Shown piece by piece: positions 39,423 to 46,436 of a stretch of DNA of 46,436 nucleotides. Positions within the stretch are counted from its first letter, which is position 1, and every line of letters starts with the position of its first letter. The notes under the pieces were generated by a model that worked only from the letters and a program-made list of their open reading frames with translations, had not been told where the DNA came from and did no database searches. This DNA is from Candidatus Hydrogenedentota bacterium (GTDB taxonomy: Bacteria > Hydrogenedentota > Hydrogenedentia > Hydrogenedentales > SLHB01), in assembly GCA_034408725.1 (NCBI GenBank), contig JAWXCN010000194.1, positions 1 through 46,436 on the forward strand. The letters are read 5' to 3'. Position numbers and translations under genes: made by a program.

Positions 39423-39483
39423 CGGTAACCCGCGTCATCAGATGAGAAACTATGCCGTACAATTGCCCTAGGAAAATTGCCGA

Positions 39484-41994
<2,511 letters not shown>

Positions 41995-42001
41995 CCTGCC
42001 C

Positions 42002-43390
42002 ATGAACTATCGCATCGAAAGCGACACGATGGGCGAGATGCAAGTGCCCGCGGATCGGTATTACGGCTGCCAGACCGCACGGTCACTCGTTCATTTTGCG
42101 ATCGGCATCGAAAAGATGCCGCGCGAACTGATCCGCGCGCTCGGCATTTTGAAGAAGGCCGCGGCGCTCACAAATCTCGATATGGGACTGCTCAAACCGG
42201 ACTTGTGCAAAATCATTTGCGCCGCCGCGGATGAAGTGATCGACGGAAGACTCGACGATCACTTTCCGTTATCAGTATGGCAGACCGGCAGCGGCACGCA
42301 GACGAACATGAACGCGAACGAGGTCATCTCGAACCGCGCCATCGAAATGGCCGGCGGCGAAATGGGCAGCAAGCAACCAGTACACCCGAACGACCACGTG
42401 AACATGTCGCAATCCTCGAATGACACGTTTCCGACCGCCATGAGCATCGCCGCATGCGAACAGATTTATCATTACCTGCTGCCCTCGTTGCGCGCGTTAC
42501 GCGACACGCTCGATCAAAAGGCCAAAGCATTTGACGGCATCATCAAGATTGGCCGCACGCATCTCATGGACGCGACGCCGCTCACACTCGGCCAGGAATT
42601 CTCCGGCTACGCGCAACAGCTCACCAACGGCATCGATCGCATCGAGTCCACCATGCCGCGCCTGTACGAACTCGCGCTGGGCGGTACCGCAGTCGGCACG
42701 GGGCTCAACACGAAGATGGGCTACGACGTAAAAGTTGCGGCGAAGATCGCGGAGCTAAGCGGCCTGCCGTTCGTCACGGCGCCGAACAAATTTGAATCGC
42801 TCGCCGCGCACGACGCGCTGGTGAGGACGCATGGCGCGCTGAAAACCGTCGCGTGCAGCCTGATGAAAATCGCAAACGACGTGCGCTGGCTCGCCAGCGG
42901 ACCGCGCTGCGGCCTCGGCGAAATCACCATTCCCGAAAACGAACCTGGGTCGTCCATCATGCCCGGCAAGGTCAACCCCACGCAGAGTGAAGCGATAACC
43001 ATGATCGCCGCGCAAGTTATCGGCAACGACGTCGCAGTGAATGTCGGCGGGGCGTCGGGCAATTTCGAGTTGAACGTGTTCAAACCCGTCATCATCTACA
43101 ACATGCTGCAATCCATCCGGCTGCTCGCCGACGGCACCCGGTCCTTCAACGAACATTGCGCCGAGGGGATTGAACCCGATACGGCGCGCATTGATGAACT
43201 GCTGCACAAATCGCTCATGCTCGTCACCGCGCTCAACAGCAAAATCGGCTACGACAACGCCGCAAAAATCGCCAAAACCGCGCACAAAAACGGCACTACG
43301 CTGAAGGAAGAAGCCGTGAAACTCGGCTTGCTCACGGCGGAAGAATTTGACGCAACGGTGGATCCGACGAGGATGATCGGTCCGTCTTAG
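42002..43390 (+). CDS. fumC: Class II fumarate hydratase
   Basis: [63 protein letters not shown]. Confidence 0.97.
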   Translation: MNYRIESDTMGEMQVPADRYYGCQTARSLVHFAIGIEKMPRELIRALGILKKAAALTNLDMGLLKPDLCKIICAAADEVIDGRLDDHFPLSVWQTGSGTQTNMNANEVISNRAIEMAGGEMGSKQPVHPNDHVNMSQSSNDTFPTAMSIAACEQIYHYLLPSLRALRDTLDQKAKAFDGIIKIGRTHLMDATPLTLGQEFSGYAQQLTNGIDRIESTMPRLYELALGGTAVGTGLNTKMGYDVKVAAKIAELSGLPFVTAPNKFESLAAHDALVRTHGALKTVACSLMKIANDVRWLASGPRCGLGEITIPENEPGSSIMPGKVNPTQSEAITMIAAQVIGNDVAVNVGGASGNFELNVFKPVIIYNMLQSIRLLADGTRSFNEHCAEGIEPDTARIDELLHKSLMLVTALNSKIGYDNAAKIAKTAHKNGTTLKEEAVKLGLLTAEEFDATVDPTRMIGPS

Positions 43391-43397
43391 CGCGGCT

Positions 43398-44150
43398 TTA
43401 TTCGATCTTTATCGCGACGGGTTCCTTGGCGCCCAAATCTTTCTCGCCAAATATCACCGCCGCCGTATTTTTGTCCGATGACGCTATCGACACATTGCCC
43501 GCGGCCTTTAAAGCGCCGTGCGGTTGTTGCACGCGCAACATATACTTTCCCTGCGGCACGTTCTTCATCGCAAATTGGCCGTTCGCATCCGAAACGGCAA
43601 ACAAGTCATGGTCACACACAAAAATCCAGCCGATCATCCACGGATGGATATCGCACAACAGTTGAATCGGCCGGCCAAGCCGTTCGGGTTGGATGACATG
43701 TTCGTACGCGTCATCAAATGCGGTCATGACATTGAACTGGTTTTCACCGACCACCGTTACACTTCGCACGTTATGATTGGCTGGCTCGCTGTTAGTAACG
43801 GCAATTCTCTGTCCTGAACGAACCGCCACCACGCGCGGAACGAACTCGCCGTTATCCTGTGTGATTTCAACCGGCTTGTCGGTCGCGGTCCCGCGAGACA
43901 ATACAACGTCGCCAATTGGATCGAGATACACGACCGCGTTGCCGAGCCCGCCACCCCTGTCCACGTCAAGCCTCGGACGGTACTTGCCTTCGTTGTCCGG
44001 AATATCTCGCCTTGGCACACCGCCTTCATACCGGACAATACCCGATACCGTCGCAAAGGTATCCTGGGCTAACGCGACTGGGGTCAAATTGAAAGCGCAC
44101 AAAGCGCCAGCGCCAAAATTGACGACACGATTGAATAGTTTCAATTTCAC
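43398..44150 (-). CDS. Exported cupredoxin-like / carboxypeptidase-regulatory-like domain protein
   Basis: Signal peptide; NAVVYL; Q..GEFVPRV; N.EP..HNV; CDIHPWM (type-1 copper-like H...C-x2-H-x2-M); GQFAMKNVPQGKY. Confidence 0.78.
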   Translation of the reverse strand: MKLKLFNRVVNFGAGALCAFNLTPVALAQDTFATVSGIVRYEGGVPRRDIPDNEGKYRPRLDVDRGGGLGNAVVYLDPIGDVVLSRGTATDKPVEITQDNGEFVPRVVAVRSGQRIAVTNSEPANHNVRSVTVVGENQFNVMTAFDDAYEHVIQPERLGRPIQLLCDIHPWMIGWIFVCDHDLFAVSDANGQFAMKNVPQGKYMLRVQQPHGALKAAGNVSIASSDKNTAAVIFGEKDLGAKEPVAIKIE

Positions 44151-44177
44151 AATCGATATCCACCTGTTGAAGCGTCA

Positions 44178-44207
44178 TCATAGCAGTATTTCGCCGTACT
44201 GCGCTGA
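44178..44207. promoter_or_regulatory. Imperfect inverted repeat in the nikR / cupredoxin divergent region (candidate operator)
   Basis: tcatagcagta-N8-tactgcgctga (9 of 11 positions pair; core GCAGTA/TACTGC). Confidence 0.35.
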
Positions 44208-44241
44208 TTGCGATATCATTAGCTCGAAACGGAGGCCTGCC

Positions 44242-44658
44242 ATGTCCGATCTCGAACGCTTGAGCATATCGATCGAAAAATCGTTGCAATCGCGCTTGGA
44301 AAAACTGGTGAAGGACTCCCACTACACCAATCGCTCCGAATACATCCGCGATCTCATTCGCAACAAAATCGTCGAGCAGGAATGGGAACATGACGAAGAA
44401 GCGCTCGGCACCGTCACCCTGCTCTACGATCACCACACCCGCGGGCTCAGCGATCGTCTCACGCACATCCAACACGATCACCACAGCAATATCCTTGCGA
44501 CCACGCACGTGCATCTCACGCACGATCTTTGCGCCGAGATGATCATGATCAAAGGGAAGGCAATGTTGATCCGCGCCATGTGCGACGCCATGTCGCGAGA
44601 AAAAGGTGTGTTACACGCCACCCTGGCGCTCAGTACGATAGGAAAAAAGCTGATCTGA
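44242..44658 (+). CDS. nikR: Nickel-responsive transcriptional regulator
   Basis: SD GGAGG; ribbon-helix-helix ERLSISI...YTNRSEYIRDLIR; GTVTLLYDHH; QHDHH; THVHLTHDLC nickel ligands. Confidence 0.95.
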   Translation: MSDLERLSISIEKSLQSRLEKLVKDSHYTNRSEYIRDLIRNKIVEQEWEHDEEALGTVTLLYDHHTRGLSDRLTHIQHDHHSNILATTHVHLTHDLCAEMIMIKGKAMLIRAMCDAMSREKGVLHATLALSTIGKKLI

Positions 44659-44673
44659 CGATCGGACTGATCC

Positions 44674-44747
44674 GTTGTGGCCGGTCTCGCAAAAATACAG
44701 TTGTGGCCGGTCTCCCAACCGCGCCACGCCGACGACCGCTGGTCTCC
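44674..44747. repeat. REP-like palindromic repeat with partial direct duplication
   Basis: gttgtggccggtctc occurs at 44674 and 44700; the second copy forms gtggc-cggt...accg-cgccac hairpin and is followed by gaccgctggtctcc. Confidence 0.55.
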
Positions 44748-44752
44748 AAGCG

Positions 44753-46237
44753 CTACGCAATCATCCGGTTCACAACCTTCCCCGCGACGTCCGTCAACCG
44801 GAAGTCGCGGCCCTGGTAGCGGTACGTGAGTTGCTCATGGTTCATTCCGAAGAGGTGCAATAACGTTGCGTGCAGATCGTTGATATGTACCGGGTCTTTC
44901 GTGATGTTCCAGCCGATTTCGTCCGTCTCGCCGATGACCTGTCCGCCCTTGATGCCGCCGCCCGCGCACCAGATGGTGAACGCGCTGGGATGGTGGTCCC
45001 GGCCCGTGTTCGGTTTGCGGAACCCCGCGCGATTTTCGCCCAGGGGAGTGCGCCCGAATTCCGACGCCCACACGACGAGCGTGGATTCGAACAGACCGCG
45101 TTGCTTGAGGTCCTTGATGAGCGCGGTAATGGGCTGATCGCACATCATGCAATTAAACGGCAATCGTTCGCTGATCCCTTCGTGATGGTCCCACGTCTCG
45201 TGGTAGATGCTGATGAACCGCACACCCCGCTCGACCATGCGCCGCGCGAGCAGGCAGTTGAATCCGTATGTCTGAAATTCGTCCGGCCCGCCGCTGCGAT
45301 ACTGTTTCCATTCCTCGGGTTCGCGCCGGTTGATGCCGTAGGCCTCGATGGTCGCGGGGGTTTCATTCGAGATGTCGATAAGGTCCGGCGCTTCCGCCTG
45401 CATGCGCCCGGAAAGTTCGTAAGACGCAATGCGCGACAAAATTTCCGGATCGTTGACGTAGTCGTAGCGCATCTGGTTCAAATCGCGGATCGCGTCAAGA
45501 CCAAGCCGCTGGCAATCGTGCGGCAACCCGCCGGGGTTGCTGAGGTTTAAAATTGCGTCCCCCTGGTTGCGCAACAGCACGCCCTGAAACGTCGATGGGA
45601 GAAACCCGCTCGACCAGTTCGACGCGCCACCGCTCGTGCCGCGGCCCGCGGTGAGCACGACATAGCCAGGAAGATTGTTACACTCCGACCCAAGCCCATA
45701 ATTGATCCACGATCCCATCACGGGACGTCCAAACGTCTGCACGCCGGTGTTCATCATGAGCTGGCCGGGGTGGTGGTTGAACGCGTCGGTGTGCATCGAC
45801 CGCACCCAGCAAATATCATCCGCAATAGTCGAGAGGTGCGGCAGCAGATCGCTCAGGTCAATCCCGCAATCGCCATACTTCTTGAACTGCCGCGCCGTAC
45901 CCTTGAGCACCGCCGTATCCTTCTGGATAAATGCGAACCGCACGTTCTCCGTCATTGATTCCGGCAACGGCTGCCCATCGAGCTCATTCAGCTTAGGTTT
46001 CGGGTCCCACAAATCAAGCTGGCTCGGCGCGCCCGCCTGGAAGAGAAAAATGCACGCCTTCGCCTTCGGCGCAAAGTGCGGCGCCTTCGGCGACAGCGGA
46101 TTAATCACATCATCAGCGTGCGCCAGCACGCCTTCCTGCATCAGCATCGACGTCAACGCCAGTCCGCCCAAACCGCTCGCAGCAGTATTCAAAAACTCCC
46201 GCCGGGATTGCACCACTTTTTCTACACGCGGATCCAT
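44753..46237 (-). CDS. DUF1501 family Tat-exported protein
   Basis: SRREFL twin-arginine motif; PHFAPKAKACIFLFQAGAPSQLDLWDPKP; GSWINYGLGSE; CLLARRMVERGVRF; WDHH; SEFGRTP; GRDHHP; YRYQGRDFRLTDV.G. Confidence 0.95.
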   Translation of the reverse strand: MDPRVEKVVQSRREFLNTAASGLGGLALTSMLMQEGVLAHADDVINPLSPKAPHFAPKAKACIFLFQAGAPSQLDLWDPKPKLNELDGQPLPESMTENVRFAFIQKDTAVLKGTARQFKKYGDCGIDLSDLLPHLSTIADDICWVRSMHTDAFNHHPGQLMMNTGVQTFGRPVMGSWINYGLGSECNNLPGYVVLTAGRGTSGGASNWSSGFLPSTFQGVLLRNQGDAILNLSNPGGLPHDCQRLGLDAIRDLNQMRYDYVNDPEILSRIASYELSGRMQAEAPDLIDISNETPATIEAYGINRREPEEWKQYRSGGPDEFQTYGFNCLLARRMVERGVRFISIYHETWDHHEGISERLPFNCMMCDQPITALIKDLKQRGLFESTLVVWASEFGRTPLGENRAGFRKPNTGRDHHPSAFTIWCAGGGIKGGQVIGETDEIGWNITKDPVHINDLHATLLHLFGMNHEQLTYRYQGRDFRLTDVAGKVVNRMIA

Positions 46238-46392
46238 GTCTAAACCCTCAAGTGAGAATGACTAACGGCTTTCGCCACTAACGATTCATCCTACTGTAAA
46301 TGACCAAACAGCACAAATCCTGGCGATACGATGAAGCCTAGTGTCATGAATCCCAAATCCTTGGCAAAAGTCACACGCATAATCCGATCTTC

Positions 46393-46427
46393 AAAGTCCC
46401 CCTTTGAAGGGGGATTTAGGGGGATGT
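46393..46427. repeat. CCCCCTT-N-AAGGGGG hairpin repeat
   Basis: aaagtccccctttgaagggggatttagggggatgt: tcccccttt/aaggggga hairpin followed by a second aggggga unit; context cut by the window end. Confidence 0.6.
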
Positions 46428-46436
46428 AAGGTCTGA

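Noticed and set aside
38495-39483. Integron cassettes or an IS as the source of the gyrB-gyrA insert
   Set aside because: No attC-like RYYYAAC...GTTRRRY pairs, integrase, terminal inverted repeats or target duplication were evident by eye.
46291-46380. Short minus-strand ORF MRVTFAKDLGFMTLGFIVSPGFVLFGHLQ
   Set aside because: Only 29 codons, no clear SD, adjacent to a repeat; cannot be supported.

Overview
A 46.4 kb, moderately GC-rich bacterial chromosomal window with about 38 credible protein-coding genes. I found no rRNA, tRNA, CRISPR array or transposase. The gene content (an H-X9-DG pilin-like protein, DUF1501, a Tat-exported Gfo/Idh/MocA enzyme, FG-GAP proteins, a TMTC-like glycosyltransferase and a DUF4091 glycosidase) suggests a PVC-like diderm, most plausibly Ca. 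Hydrogenedentota (inference). Housekeeping genes are ilvD, dciA(DUF721)-gyrB-gyrA-fumC, nikR, a menI-like thioesterase, a solA-like oxidase and an archaeal-type glmU. The best candidate for a new system is a tightly coupled 4-gene operon at 32211-35268 (-): ECF sigma, anti-sigma, a stand-alone secretin-core-like protein with no periplasmic N-domains, and a paralog that appears to carry two such cores in tandem. Other notable items are an orphan exeAB pair, two AT-rich orphan genes between gyrB and gyrA, three boxes phased exactly 40 bp apart upstream of a Fic-wHTH gene, a SET-domain gene beside a tandem REPIN-like array, nikR divergent from a cupredoxin-like gene, and at least five distinct short intergenic repeat families. 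All product calls come from motif recognition by eye, not database searches.
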